Below are positions 9,758 through 32,000 of a stretch of 32,000 nucleotides of DNA, piece by piece. The position numbers were made by a program, and so were the translations under genes. A model generated the notes under the pieces. That model was not told where the DNA came from. It saw only the letters and a program-made list of their open reading frames with translations, and made no database searches. Positions within the stretch are counted from its first letter, which is position 1, and each line of letters starts with the position of its first letter. The stretch lies in the NCBI RefSeq assembly GCF_052907605.1, contig NZ_CM128582.1; one strand, given 5' to 3'.

Positions 9758-9845
9758 TGGCGGTGAGGGGGGGATTCGAACCCCCGATACGTTGCCGTAT
9801 ACACACTTTCCAGGCGTGCTCCTTCAGCCACTCGGACACCTCACC
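9758..9845 (-). tRNA. serX: tRNA-Ser (anticodon GGA)
   Basis: The reverse complement reads GGTGAGGTGTCCGAGTGGCTGAAGGAGCACGCCTGGAAAGTG...GGTTCGAATCCCCCCCTCACCGCCA. It has a long variable arm, a CCA end and a GGA anticodon loop. Its position next to ghrA identifies serX. Confidence 0.95.
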
Positions 9846-10039
9846 AAATTGTCGTTCCTGTCTTGCTGGAACGGGCGCTAATTTAGGGAAATCATGACCT
9901 GAGGTCAACAAACTTTTTGAAAAAATCGCGCGTTTATTCAAACTTCAATCAATATGTGGTTTTAATAAGCGAAATCTGCTTTTTTTGCCACCGACCACGG
10001 ATTTGTTATGCTGGTGGTCTTTGTAGATCATAACGATAA

Positions 10040-11017
<978 letters not shown>

Positions 11018-11071
11018 TAAAGCATCAGGATTCCTGCTATCCTTGGCGGGAATAGAATACAGGAGAGAGTT

Positions 11072-11809
11072 ATGTATCCCGTCGACCTTCATATGCATAC
11101 CGTTGCCAGCACACATGCATATAGCACATTGAGTGATTACATTGCCCAGGCCAAACAAAAGGGCATTAAACTTTTTGCGATCACCGATCATGGCCCGGAT
11201 ATGGAAGATGCGCCGCATCACTGGCACTTCATTAACATGCGTATCTGGCCGCGAGTGGTTGATGGGGTAGGGATCCTGCGCGGCATCGAAGCTAACATTA
11301 AAAATGTTGATGGTGAAATTGACTGCAGCGGTAAAATGTTTGACTCGCTGGATCTAATTATTGCCGGTTTTCATGAGCCGGTTTTTGCGCCACATGACAA
11401 AGCGACCAATACACAAGCGATGATCGCCACTATCGCCAGCGGCAATGTGCATATAATAAGCCATCCCGGAAATCCCAAATATGAAATAGATGTGAAAGCC
11501 GTTGCTGAAGCAGCCGCGAAACATCAGGTGGCGCTGGAAATCAATAATTCCTCATTTTTACACTCACGTAAGGGCAGTGAAGACAACTGTCGTGAGGTAG
11601 CCGCAGCGGTACGTGATGCTGGAGGTTGGGTGGCATTAGGCTCGGATTCTCACACCGCGTTTACCATGGGGGAATTTGAAGAGTGTCTTAAAATCCTCGA
11701 CGCGGTAGATTTTCCGCCAGAGCGCATTTTGAATGTTTCTCCGCGCCGCTTACTGAACTTCCTTGAATCTCGCGGTATGGCACCGATTGCGGAATTTGCA
11801 GACCTTTAA
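11072..11809 (+). CDS. ycdX: PHP-domain zinc phosphatase YcdX
   Basis: 245 aa starting [13 protein letters not shown], with PHP His motifs. Confidence 0.95.
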   Translation: MYPVDLHMHTVASTHAYSTLSDYIAQAKQKGIKLFAITDHGPDMEDAPHHWHFINMRIWPRVVDGVGILRGIEANIKNVDGEIDCSGKMFDSLDLIIAGFHEPVFAPHDKATNTQAMIATIASGNVHIISHPGNPKYEIDVKAVAEAAAKHQVALEINNSSFLHSRKGSEDNCREVAAAVRDAGGWVALGSDSHTAFTMGEFEECLKILDAVDFPPERILNVSPRRLLNFLESRGMAPIAEFADL

Positions 11810-11832
11810 TTACTAGTAATGGAAATATATTA

Positions 11833-12387
11833 ATGAACGAGTTTTCTATCCTCTGTCGTGTGCTGGGTTCGCTCTATTACCGCCAACCACAAGATCCTTT
11901 ACTGGTGCCGCTGTTTACCCTGATTCGTGAGGGGAAACTGGCTGCGAACTGGCCACTGGAGCAGGATGAGTTGCTGACACGTTTGCAGAAAAGCTGTGAT
12001 ATGACGCAAGTCTCTGCCGATTACAATGCGTTGTTTATCGGCGATGAATGTGCTGTGCCGCCATATCGTAGCGCATGGGTTGAGGGCGCGACGGAAGCGG
12101 AAGTGCGCGCTTTTCTTTCTGAGCGAGGGATGCCATTAGCGGATACGCCAGCCGATCACATCGGCACATTGCTGCTCGCAGCTTCCTGGCTGGAAGATCA
12201 GTCAACGGAAGATGAGAGCGAAGCACTGGAAACACTGTTCAGTGAGTATCTGTTACCCTGGTGTGGTGCGTTCCTTGGCAAAGTGGAGGCCCATGCAACC
12301 ACGCCTTTCTGGCGCACCATGGCACCGCTAACCCGCGATGCCATTAGTGCAATGTGGGACGAGCTGGAAGAAGATTCTGAAGAATAA
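11833..12387 (+). CDS. ycdY: TorD-family chaperone YcdY
   Basis: 184-aa ORF immediately downstream of ycdX. Confidence 0.9.
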   Translation: MNEFSILCRVLGSLYYRQPQDPLLVPLFTLIREGKLAANWPLEQDELLTRLQKSCDMTQVSADYNALFIGDECAVPPYRSAWVEGATEAEVRAFLSERGMPLADTPADHIGTLLLAASWLEDQSTEDESEALETLFSEYLLPWCGAFLGKVEAHATTPFWRTMAPLTRDAISAMWDELEEDSEE

Positions 12388-12488
12388 GTGTGATCTACGT
12401 CACACATAACTGCAACGGATAATTTGTTGTTGCATAAAATGTGTGCTCGATCTCATTCATGGCCGCGTTTTCTGCTATCATGCGCGGC

Positions 12489-12980
12489 ATGAACATACTT
12501 CTCTCTATTGCAATCACAACAGGCATTCTCTCCGGTATCTGGGGATGGGTGGCTGTTTCCCTGGGCTTACTAAGCTGGGCGGGCTTCCTGGGCTGTACGG
12601 CCTACTTTGCCTGCCCGCAAGGTGGGCTGAAAGGGCTGGCGATCTCCGCTGCAACCCTGCTTAGTGGCGTGGTGTGGGCAATGGTCATTATTTACGGTAG
12701 TGCACTGGCACCACATCTGGAAATTCTCGGTTATGTCATAACCGGTATTGTCGCGTTTCTGATGTGTATTCAGGCCAAACAGCTGCTGCTTTCATTTGTT
12801 CCGGGGACGTTTATAGGCGCATGCGCGACGTTTGCCGGGCAGGGTGACTGGAAACTGGTGTTACCTTCGCTGGCGCTTGGGCTGGTATTTGGTTACGCAA
12901 TGAAAAACAGCGGCCTGTGGCTGGCGGCGCGTAGTGCAAAGACGGCTCACCGTGAGCAGGAAATCAAAAATAAAGCGTGA
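12489..12980 (+). CDS. ycdZ: inner membrane protein YcdZ (DUF1097)
   Basis: 163 aa from MNILLSIAITTG with several hydrophobic helices. The ORF is open from 12441. Confidence 0.85.
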   Translation: MNILLSIAITTGILSGIWGWVAVSLGLLSWAGFLGCTAYFACPQGGLKGLAISAATLLSGVVWAMVIIYGSALAPHLEILGYVITGIVAFLMCIQAKQLLLSFVPGTFIGACATFAGQGDWKLVLPSLALGLVFGYAMKNSGLWLAARSAKTAHREQEIKNKA

Positions 12981-13010
12981 GGGGCACTCACGCTTTCGCT
13001 TAAACAGTAA

Positions 13011-13039
13011 ATGCCGGATTATTAATTCCGGCATTTTTA
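13011..13039. terminator. hairpin terminator between the convergent genes ycdZ and csgG
   Basis: ATGCCGGAttattaatTCCGGCAT followed by tttt. Confidence 0.65.
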
Positions 13040-13043
13040 TCTG

Positions 13044-13877
13044 TCAGGATTCCGGTGGAACCGACATATGGCGGTATTTCACCAGAATGTCATTCTGCCG
13101 TTCTGCTTTATTTTGCAAATCCCACAGACCACGGTCGATACCATCATTAATCAGGAAAATGACCCCTGTTTCGATAGCCGACATCAGACACAGCATAACG
13201 GGTTCGTTTGAGGTGTAACCCACTTCCCCTTCCAGCAAGCGCTGGTAGTCAATAAAGCGGAAAACCCCGGCCTGAACTTCATAGGAAAGTATCGTCTTAC
13301 TGGTGTTCACCGAGGAGAGGATCTCACCGGTACTCACATTGACGACGCGCAGGTTCACGGCAATCTGATCGAGCTGGTATTGCGTGTCGGCACCGATGCC
13401 AAAATATCTTGCCCCAACCCCGCCAGATTTGACGTTGCTTTCATAACCGATAATCGAACCTTCAACCATGATATTTGCCGCCGTTAAAGATTGCAGCGGG
13501 ATTCGGTTATTAATGGCAACCGTGCCGTTTTCTTGTGCCGCACGAATAATCTTGCGCTCGTTAAGCAGGTTTTGTAAGCCCTGGCGCTCCAGCGGTATAA
13601 ACCAGCGAGAATCTTTCAGTGCCGTGACCAGCATTGCCGTGGCGCTTTGCGGAACAGCAGTGGAGAAGTTACTTGCCGGGTAGGGTTTAAATTGCCCGGT
13701 TTCGTCCTGAATGTTGTATACCGAAACAAAGATTTTACCCGTCGGCGCTGGCAGATGGGTCAAATCTTTGTAGCTCTGAGCACGAGGCATTAATGTCGGT
13801 CTGGCGGCTTCTTTAGGCGGGGCGGTTAAGCATCCGCTCAGTAACATGACGGCAACCAAAAGAAATAAGCGCTGCAT
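13044..13877 (-). CDS. csgG: curli secretion channel lipoprotein CsgG
   Basis: 277 aa with lipobox LLSGC. Confidence 0.95.
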   Translation of the reverse strand: MQRLFLLVAVMLLSGCLTAPPKEAARPTLMPRAQSYKDLTHLPAPTGKIFVSVYNIQDETGQFKPYPASNFSTAVPQSATAMLVTALKDSRWFIPLERQGLQNLLNERKIIRAAQENGTVAINNRIPLQSLTAANIMVEGSIIGYESNVKSGGVGARYFGIGADTQYQLDQIAVNLRVVNVSTGEILSSVNTSKTILSYEVQAGVFRFIDYQRLLEGEVGYTSNEPVMLCLMSAIETGVIFLINDGIDRGLWDLQNKAERQNDILVKYRHMSVPPES

Positions 13878-13903
13878 GATTATTTTCCTTATGAAGCTGG
13901 GGC

Positions 13904-14046
13904 TTAAAAATCGGTTGAGTTATTTTGTAAACCCGAAACCTGGATGGTCGAGGTTTGTCCGGTTTTACGATCTGTCACGTTCAACTGCAATTGACCATCG
14001 CGGTTGGCAATATCGACAATATAATCGTTGGTCACCATGCGGCCCG
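13904..14046 (-). pseudogene. csgF: 3' fragment of csgF (last ~47 codons), truncated by IS1
   Basis: Translates to ...[35 protein letters not shown]. The frame ends abruptly at the IS1 terminal repeat at 14047. Confidence 0.85.
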
Positions 14047-14061
14047 GGTAGTGACTCCAAC

Positions 14062-14565
14062 TTACTGATAGTGTTTTATGTTCAGATAATGCCCGATGAC
14101 CTTGTCATGCAGCTCCACCGATTTTGAGAACGACAGCGACTTCCGTCCCAGCCTTGCCAGATGTTGTCTCAGATTCAGATTATGTCGCTCAATGCGCTGA
14201 GTGTAACGCTTGCTGATAACGTGCAGCTTTCCCTTCAGGCGTGATTCATACAGCGGCCAGCCATCCGTCATCCATACCACGACCTCAAAGGCCGACAGCA
14301 GGCTCAGAAGACGCTCCAGTGTGGCCAGAGTGCGTTCACCGAAAACGTGCGCCACAACTGTCCTCCGTATCCTGTCATACGCGTAAAACAGCCAGCGCTG
14401 ACGTGATTTAGCACCGACGTAGCCCCACTGTTCGTCCATTTCCGCGCAGACGATGACGTCACTGCCCGGCTGTATGCGCGAGGTTACCGACTGCGGCCTG
14501 AGTTTTTTAAATGGCGGAAAATCGTGTTGAGGCCAACGCCCATAATGCGGGCGGTTGCCCGGCAT
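14062..14565 (-). CDS. insB: IS1 InsB' frame (made as the InsAB' transposase by -1 frameshift)
   Basis: 167-aa frame overlapping the insA 3' end. The A6C slippery run appears on the plus strand as gagttttttaaa (14500-14511). Confidence 0.85.
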
Positions 14566-14759
14566 CCAACGCCATTCATGGCCATATCAATGATTTTCTG
14601 GTGCGTACCGGGTTGAGAAGCGGTGTAAGTGAACTGCAGTTGCCATGTTTTACGGCAGTGAGAGCAGAGATAGCGCTGATGTCCGGCAGTGCTTTTGCCG
14701 TTACGCACCACCCCGTCAGTAGCTGAACAGGAGGGACAGCTGATAGAAACAGAAGCCAC
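14484..14759 (-). CDS. insA: IS1 InsA
   Basis: 91 aa starting [23 protein letters not shown]. Confidence 0.9.
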   Translation of the reverse strand: MASVSISCPSCSATDGVVRNGKSTAGHQRYLCSHCRKTWQLQFTYTASQPGTHQKIIDMAMNGVGCRATARIMGVGLNTIFRHLKNSGRSR

Positions 14760-15077
14760 TGGAGCACCTCAAAAACACCATCATACACTAAATCAGTAAG
14801 TTGGCAGCATCACCCCTTTCGTCATGTAAAACGTTCTTGTTTTTTCTCCACACCTCCGTGGACAATTTTTTACTGCAAAAAGACGAGGTTTGTCACGGCT
14901 TGTGCGCAAGACATATCGCAGCAATCAGCGACGGGCAAGAAGAATGACTGTCTGGTGCTTTTTGATAGCGGAAAACGGAGATTTAAAAGAAAACAAAATA
15001 TTTTTTTGCGTAGATAACAGCGTATTTACGTGGGTTTTAATACTTTGGTATGAACTAAAAAAGAAAAATACAACGCG

Positions 15078-15088
15078 CGGGTGAGTTA
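15078..15088 (+). promoter_or_regulatory. CsgD box upstream of csgB (CGGGTGAGTTA)
   Basis: Matches the published CsgD consensus CGGGKGAKNKA as I recall it. It lies about 125 bp upstream of the csgB ATG. Confidence 0.55.
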
Positions 15089-15212
15089 TTAAAAATATTT
15101 CCGCAGACATACTTTCCATCGTAACGCAGCGTTAACAAAATACAGGTTGCGTTAACAACCAAGTTGAAATGATTTAATTTCTTAAATGTACGACCAGGTC
15201 CAGGGTGACAAC

Positions 15213-15668
15213 ATGAAAAACAAATTGTTATTTATGATGTTAACAATACTGGATGCGCCTGGGATTGCAGCCGCAGCAGGTTATGATTTAGCTAATTCAG
15301 AATATAACTTCGCGGTAAATGAATTGAGTAAGTCTTCATTTAATCAGGCAGCCATAATTGGTCAAGCTGGGACTAATAATAGTGCTCAGTTACGGCAGGG
15401 AGGCTCAAAACTTTTGGCGGTTGTTGCGCAAGAAGGTAGTAGCAACCGGGCAAAGATTGACCAGACAGGAGATTATAACCTTGCATATATTGATCAGGCG
15501 GGCAGTGCCAACGATGCCAGTATTTCGCAAGGTGCTTATGGTAATACTGCGATGATTATCCAGAAAGGTTCTGGTAATAAAGCAAATATTACACAGTATG
15601 GTACTCAAAAAACGGCAATTGTAGTGCAGAGACAGTCGCAAATGGCTATTCGCGTGACACAACGTTAA
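15213..15668 (+). CDS. csgB: curli nucleator subunit CsgB
   Basis: 151 aa from MKNKLLFMMLTIL with five imperfect Q/N repeats. Confidence 0.95.
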   Translation: MKNKLLFMMLTILDAPGIAAAAGYDLANSEYNFAVNELSKSSFNQAAIIGQAGTNNSAQLRQGGSKLLAVVAQEGSSNRAKIDQTGDYNLAYIDQAGSANDASISQGAYGNTAMIIQKGSGNKANITQYGTQKTAIVVQRQSQMAIRVTQR

Positions 15669-15708
15669 TTTCCATTCGACTTTTAAATCAATCCGATGGG
15701 GGTTTTAC

Positions 15709-16164
15709 ATGAAACTTTTAAAAGTAGCAGCAATTGCAGCAATCGTATTCTCCGGTAGCGCTCTGGCAGGTGTTGTTCCTCAGTACGGCGGCGGCGGTAA
15801 CCACGGTGGTGGCGGTAATAATAGCGGCCCAAATTCTGAGCTGAACATTTACCAGTACGGTGGCGGTAACTCTGCACTTGCTCTGCAAACTGATGCCCGT
15901 AACTCTGACTTGACTATTACCCAGCATGGCGGCGGTAATGGTGCAGATGTTGGTCAGGGCTCAGATGACAGCTCAATCGATCTGACCCAACGTGGCTTCG
16001 GTAACAGCGCTACTCTTGATCAGTGGAACGGCAAAAATTCTGAAATGACGGTTAAACAGTTCGGTGGTGGCAACGGTGCTGCAGTTGACCAGACTGCATC
16101 TAACTCCTCCGTCAACGTGACTCAGGTTGGCTTTGGTAACAACGCGACCGCTCATCAGTACTAA
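15709..16164 (+). CDS. csgA: major curlin subunit CsgA
   Basis: 151 aa with SX5QXGXGNXAX3Q-type repeats. It appears identical to my recollection of K-12 CsgA. Confidence 0.97.
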   Translation: MKLLKVAAIAAIVFSGSALAGVVPQYGGGGNHGGGGNNSGPNSELNIYQYGGGNSALALQTDARNSDLTITQHGGGNGADVGQGSDDSSIDLTQRGFGNSATLDQWNGKNSEMTVKQFGGGNGAAVDQTASNSSVNVTQVGFGNNATAHQY

Positions 16165-16185
16165 TACATCATTTGTATTACAGAA

Positions 16186-16210
16186 ACAGGGCGCAAGCCC
16201 TGTTTTTTTT
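16186..16210 (+). terminator. terminator after csgA
   Basis: ACAGGGCgcaaGCCCTGT followed by T8. Confidence 0.8.
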
Positions 16211-16222
16211 CGGGAGAAGAAT

Positions 16223-17124
<902 letters not shown>

Positions 17125-17142
17125 AGAGTAATCAAACATAAT

Positions 17143-17180
17143 AAAATAAAAGCCAGTTATAAGGTAACTGGCTTTTATTT
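17143..17180. terminator. bidirectional terminator between the cassette and the secretin gene
   Basis: AGCCAGTTAtaaggTAACTGGCT is flanked by an A-run and a T-run. Confidence 0.75.
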
Positions 17181-17201
17181 TGTTGGCTATATCTGTGAGA
17201 A

Positions 17202-18530
<1,329 letters not shown>

Positions 18531-18563
18531 TCACCTCACATAACAATAACGCTTACCGATAAG

Positions 18564-19240
<677 letters not shown>

Positions 19241-19244
19241 GCCC

Positions 19245-19438
<194 letters not shown>

Positions 19439-19450
19439 CAATAGCCCCTG

Positions 19451-23573
<4,123 letters not shown>

Positions 23574-23575
23574 CT

Positions 23576-23598
23576 AAAAAGGCGTCCCGAAAGACGCC
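23576..23598 (-). terminator. terminator after the major coat gene
   Basis: On the minus strand, GGCGTCtttcggGACGCC is followed by ttttt and then the RBS aGGGGGTGG of the gene III-like ORF. Ff has a terminator after gene VIII in the same place. Confidence 0.75.
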
Positions 23599-23609
23599 AT
23601 AACATAATA

Positions 23610-28243
<4,634 letters not shown>

Positions 28244-28337
28244 GTTTCTGAACAACTCACGTTGCTGAGCAGAAAAATGCGATTTAACCAAAAAGCCTGC
28301 TGTACACTTAAGAAACAAGAAGGTGTAAGGAGGCGTT

Positions 28338-28871
28338 ATGAAAACGCGTATTCATGTTGTGCAGGGTGATATTACCAAACTGGCCGTTGATGTGATTGTG
28401 AATGCGGCTAATCCGTCATTAATGGGAGGCGGCGGCGTCGATGGGGCCATTCATCGCGCAGCGGGTCCGGCCCTGCTGGATGCTTGTTTAAAAGTCAGGC
28501 AACAGCAGGGCGATTGCCCTACGGGGCATGCCGTTATTACGCTTGCAGGCGATCTTCCCGCTAAAGCCGTAGTGCACACCGTCGGGCCAGTCTGGCGTGG
28601 TGGTGAACAAAACGAAGACCAGCTTTTGCAGGATGCCTATCTCAATAGCCTACGACTGGTGGCGGCAAACAGCTATACGTCAGTGGCTTTTCCTGCAATC
28701 AGTACTGGGGTTTATGGTTACCCTCGTGCGGCAGCGGCTGAAATCGCAGTAAAAACCGTTTCAGAATTTATTACCCGTCACGCTTTACCCGAACAGGTAT
28801 ACTTTGTCTGTTATGATGAAGAAAACGCCCACCTCTACGAAAGACTCCTTACCCAACAAGGAGATGAATGA
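28338..28871 (+). CDS. ymdB: macrodomain O-acetyl-ADP-ribose deacetylase / RNase III regulator YmdB
   Basis: 177 aa. Macro-domain motifs VNAAN and GGGVDGAIH. Confidence 0.95.
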
Positions 28872-30294
28872 TTTGCCCCGGCTGGCGAGCGCGGTGCTGC
28901 CACTGTGTTCGCAACATCCCGGTCAGTGTGGCCTTTTTCCTCTGGAGAAAAGTCTGGATGCGTTTGCCGCCCGGTATCGTCTGGCCGAAATGGCAGAGCA
29001 TACGCTCGATGTTCAGTATTACATCTGGCAGGACGATATGTCGGGTCGGTTACTGTTTTCCGCCCTGTTAGCCGCAGCAAAGCGTGGCGTTCGCGTCCGT
29101 TTGTTGCTGGACGACAACAATACGCCCGGACTTGACGACATTTTACGCTTGCTTGACAGTCATCCACGCATTGAAGTCCGGCTTTTTAATCCTTTCTCGT
29201 TTCGCTTGCTGCGTCCGCTTGGTTATATCACCGACTTTTCCCGTCTTAATCGCCGTATGCACAATAAAAGTTTCACTGTCGATGGCGTGGTGACCCTGGT
29301 GGGAGGACGAAATATTGGTGATGCCTATTTTGGAGCAGGGGAGGAGCCACTTTTTTCGGATTTAGATGTCATGGCAATAGGACCCGTGGTAGAGGACGTT
29401 GCCGATGATTTCGCCCGCTACTGGTATTGCAAATCGGTTTCACCCTTACAGCAGGTGCTGGATGTCCCGGAGGGTGAAATGGCGGATCGCATCGAGTTAC
29501 CCGCCTCCTGGCATAACGATGCCATGACGCATCGTTATTTACGCAAAATGGAATCCAGTCCATTTATAAATCATCTGGTTGATGGAACATTGCCGCTTAT
29601 CTGGGCGAAGACACGTTTATTAAGTGATGATCCGGCGAAAGGGGAGGGCAAGGCAAAACGGCATTCACTGTTACCGCAGCGCCTGTTCGATATCATGGGC
29701 TCACCCAGTGAACGCATCGATATTATCTCTTCCTATTTTGTACCGACACGCGCAGGTGTGGCGCAACTCTTACGGATGGTGAGAAAAGGGGTAAAGATTG
29801 CGATCCTAACCAATTCTCTTGCCGCTAACGATGTTGCTGTCGTCCATGCCGGATACGCGCGCTGGCGCAAAAAATTGCTCCGCTATGGCGTGGAATTATA
29901 TGAACTCAAGCCGACGCGTGAACAAAGTAGTACGTTACACGATCGCGGCATAACCGGTAATTCCGGAGCCAGCCTGCATGCTAAAACCTTTAGCATCGAT
30001 GGTAAAACGGTGTTTATCGGCTCTTTCAATTTCGATCCGCGTTCAACATTGCTCAATACTGAAATGGGCTTCGTGATAGAGAGCGAAACGCTGGCACAGT
30101 TAATTGATAAACGCTTTATTCAGAGCCAGTATGATGCGGCCTGGCAGCTCCGTCTGGACAGGTGGGGACGGATCAACTGGGTTGATCGTCATGCAAAGAA
30201 AGAGATTATTCTCAAAAAAGAACCCGCCACCAGTTTCTGGAAGCGGGTTATGGTCAGACTGGCGTCGATATTGCCCGTGGAATGGTTATTGTAA
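28864..30294 (+). CDS. clsC: cardiolipin synthase C (phospholipase D family)
   Basis: Two HKD motifs (HNKSFTVDG and HAKTFSIDG). The start is either ATG 28864 or TTG 28873. The ORF is open from 28804 and overlaps the ymdB end. Confidence 0.92.
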   Translation: MNDLPRLASAVLPLCSQHPGQCGLFPLEKSLDAFAARYRLAEMAEHTLDVQYYIWQDDMSGRLLFSALLAAAKRGVRVRLLLDDNNTPGLDDILRLLDSHPRIEVRLFNPFSFRLLRPLGYITDFSRLNRRMHNKSFTVDGVVTLVGGRNIGDAYFGAGEEPLFSDLDVMAIGPVVEDVADDFARYWYCKSVSPLQQVLDVPEGEMADRIELPASWHNDAMTHRYLRKMESSPFINHLVDGTLPLIWAKTRLLSDDPAKGEGKAKRHSLLPQRLFDIMGSPSERIDIISSYFVPTRAGVAQLLRMVRKGVKIAILTNSLAANDVAVVHAGYARWRKKLLRYGVELYELKPTREQSSTLHDRGITGNSGASLHAKTFSIDGKTVFIGSFNFDPRSTLLNTEMGFVIESETLAQLIDKRFIQSQYDAAWQLRLDRWGRINWVDRHAKKEIILKKEPATSFWKRVMVRLASILPVEWLL

Positions 30295-30301
30295 ATGTGG
30301 C

Positions 30302-31459
30302 TTAACGGGCTGGTGCTTTATCGTTCTCACGCTTAACAACCGGTTTACCAGAGAACAAAAACTTCAGTAACGGGATGCGCAAATGAATTTCATACAGAAT
30401 TATCGCAATCCCTACTACAAATATCAGGCCACAGAGAAAACCAAGCCAGTTGGAGGTGATGTGCGGTGTAATGTATGCGCCGAAAAACAGCGTTAACGGG
30501 TGGTGAACCAGATAGATAAACAGCGATGCGTTAACAAAATAAGTCACCCGCGCTGACTGGAAGTTAAGCAAACGGTGGCCAAAGGAGAAGACCACATTCA
30601 CCATCCACAGACCGAGGACCATGGTGATCACCGACTCGGTTTCGTACATCCAGGCATCGCCACTGCCATAGCGCTGGTTGAGTAAATAAGCGACAAACGC
30701 CAATGCTGCTGCAAGGGTACAGCCACGAGACGGCGTGGTAAACAAGGCTTTAAGATGAGGGAAAATGAAAGCCAGTGCGCCGAGGATAAAGAACGGCAAA
30801 TAAAACAGCGTTTGCATGACAATAAAATTGAACATGCCATTACTCAGAATGGGCGGATACACAATAAAAATCGTTCTTCTTATTACCGCATAACCGATGC
30901 CGAGGCATAAAAAAATCACCGATAGTTTTACCATCGAGAATTTTTTATTCGTTTTATCAGAATTTTCTAAATTATTTCTGATGCGCTTAAATATCCATAC
31001 GCACAGCGTCGTCATGACCACTAATACCAGTAAAAACCACAGGTGTGATATTAATTCCCAGGCCAACGTATTATATTTGTCATACAATGACAGCCCAGGC
31101 CAACTTTCCGCTTTTCCTTTGACATATTGCAGCATAATAAATTGCGGTAATGTCAGTAGGGGGATGGCTGTTAACATCGGGATACCTACACGTTCGACAC
31201 GTACTTTCCACCATTTTTTCAAGGGATAGCGTAAAAAAAGCATGTAGGAAAAGTAGCCGGATATAACGAAAAATACCTGCATGCGGAACGAGTGGATGAA
31301 GTCATTAAAAAGGGTCAGCCACAATGATGATTCGGCGCTATTCACATGCCATGTATGGCTCGAATAGATTAAAGAAATATGAAAAGGTATCCCTAACAAC
31401 ATCAGCCAGGCGCGGATGGAGTCGAGGAAATATTCACGTTGCGCGGGTACTGGGTTCAT
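30302..31459 (-). CDS. opgC: OPG succinyltransferase (acyltransferase-3 membrane protein)
   Basis: 385-aa polytopic membrane protein, convergent with clsC and divergent from opgG. Confidence 0.92.
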   Translation of the reverse strand: MNPVPAQREYFLDSIRAWLMLLGIPFHISLIYSSHTWHVNSAESSLWLTLFNDFIHSFRMQVFFVISGYFSYMLFLRYPLKKWWKVRVERVGIPMLTAIPLLTLPQFIMLQYVKGKAESWPGLSLYDKYNTLAWELISHLWFLLVLVVMTTLCVWIFKRIRNNLENSDKTNKKFSMVKLSVIFLCLGIGYAVIRRTIFIVYPPILSNGMFNFIVMQTLFYLPFFILGALAFIFPHLKALFTTPSRGCTLAAALAFVAYLLNQRYGSGDAWMYETESVITMVLGLWMVNVVFSFGHRLLNFQSARVTYFVNASLFIYLVHHPLTLFFGAYITPHITSNWLGFLCGLIFVVGIAIILYEIHLRIPLLKFLFSGKPVVKRENDKAPAR

Positions 31460-31741
31460 ATATGGTTAACTAATCTCGGATTTTTCGTCTTATCCCTGTC
31501 GGGTTATGCCTTTAGGCTTGTTGCCATAGTGACACCGACCTGACCGCGCCAGGCGCAGGCTTCAAGGTTTTTATGCATAGCATCATCGCTACCACTAACC
31601 AGAATGGAAGCGTCTGTAAGACGGTTGATAAATAAATTTGCTGGCAAACCCTACACGAAGTCGATGCTTCTGTCTTTAGGAGAAGCACGGAAAGTGAAAA
31701 CGGTTGCAATCAGGTGCTTAATCCATGAGCCAGCGTGCTGA

Positions 31742-32000
<259 letters not shown>

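Larger units (their letters stand above)
14047..14814 (-). mobile_element. IS1 insertion sequence, complete (768 bp)
   Basis: Terminal inverted repeats are ggtagtgactccaacttactgat (14047-) and atcagtaagttggcagcatcacc (-14814). insA and insB' frames are inside. The flanking 9-mers differ (tgcggcccg versus cctttcgtc). Confidence 0.95.

Noticed and set aside
14047-14814. IS1 as a simple insertion in csgF
   Set aside because: The flanking 9-mers are unrelated, and the sequence beyond IS1 is the csgB-proximal intergenic region rather than the rest of csgF. I therefore call it a deletion junction.
31512-31709. 65-aa minus-strand ORF in the opgC-opgG intergenic region
   Set aside because: It lies in a known divergent promoter region and has no RBS or recognisable family.

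Overview
E. coli/Shigella-type chromosome covering serX-ghrA-ycdXYZ-csgGF/csgBAC-ymdAB-clsC-opgC-opgG. I recognised the backbone proteins from memory; no search was run. Three accessory or rearranged regions interrupt it. (1) 1-9700 is the int-distal end of a CP4-like genomic island next to tRNA-Ser(GGA). It carries a tightly coupled operon (dynamin-like GTPase, helical partner, patatin phospholipase), then the usual DUF932, antirestriction, RadC, YeeT, CbeA/CbtA, YeeW, DUF957 and DUF4942 genes. (2) A complete 768-bp IS1 with no target duplication replaces csgD, csgE, the 5' part of csgF and the csgD promoter; csgG and csgBAC remain intact. ghrA also carries an in-frame TGA. (3) An ~11.2-kb Ff-like filamentous (inovirus) prophage lies between csgC and ymdA. 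All core genes are on the minus strand in the order II, V, VII/IX, VIII, III, VI, I, IV. It is unusual in four ways: it carries an IS110-family DEDD recombinase, a TraX (F-pilin acetylase) homologue, two GC-rich 340-bp tandem repeats with a ColE1 primosome-assembly-like motif, and an AT-rich two-gene cassette. The insert appears to split a perfect 9-bp-stem hairpin, and that gives a testable attB prediction. The best candidates for new biology are the dynamin/patatin operon and the recombinase-bearing inovirus.
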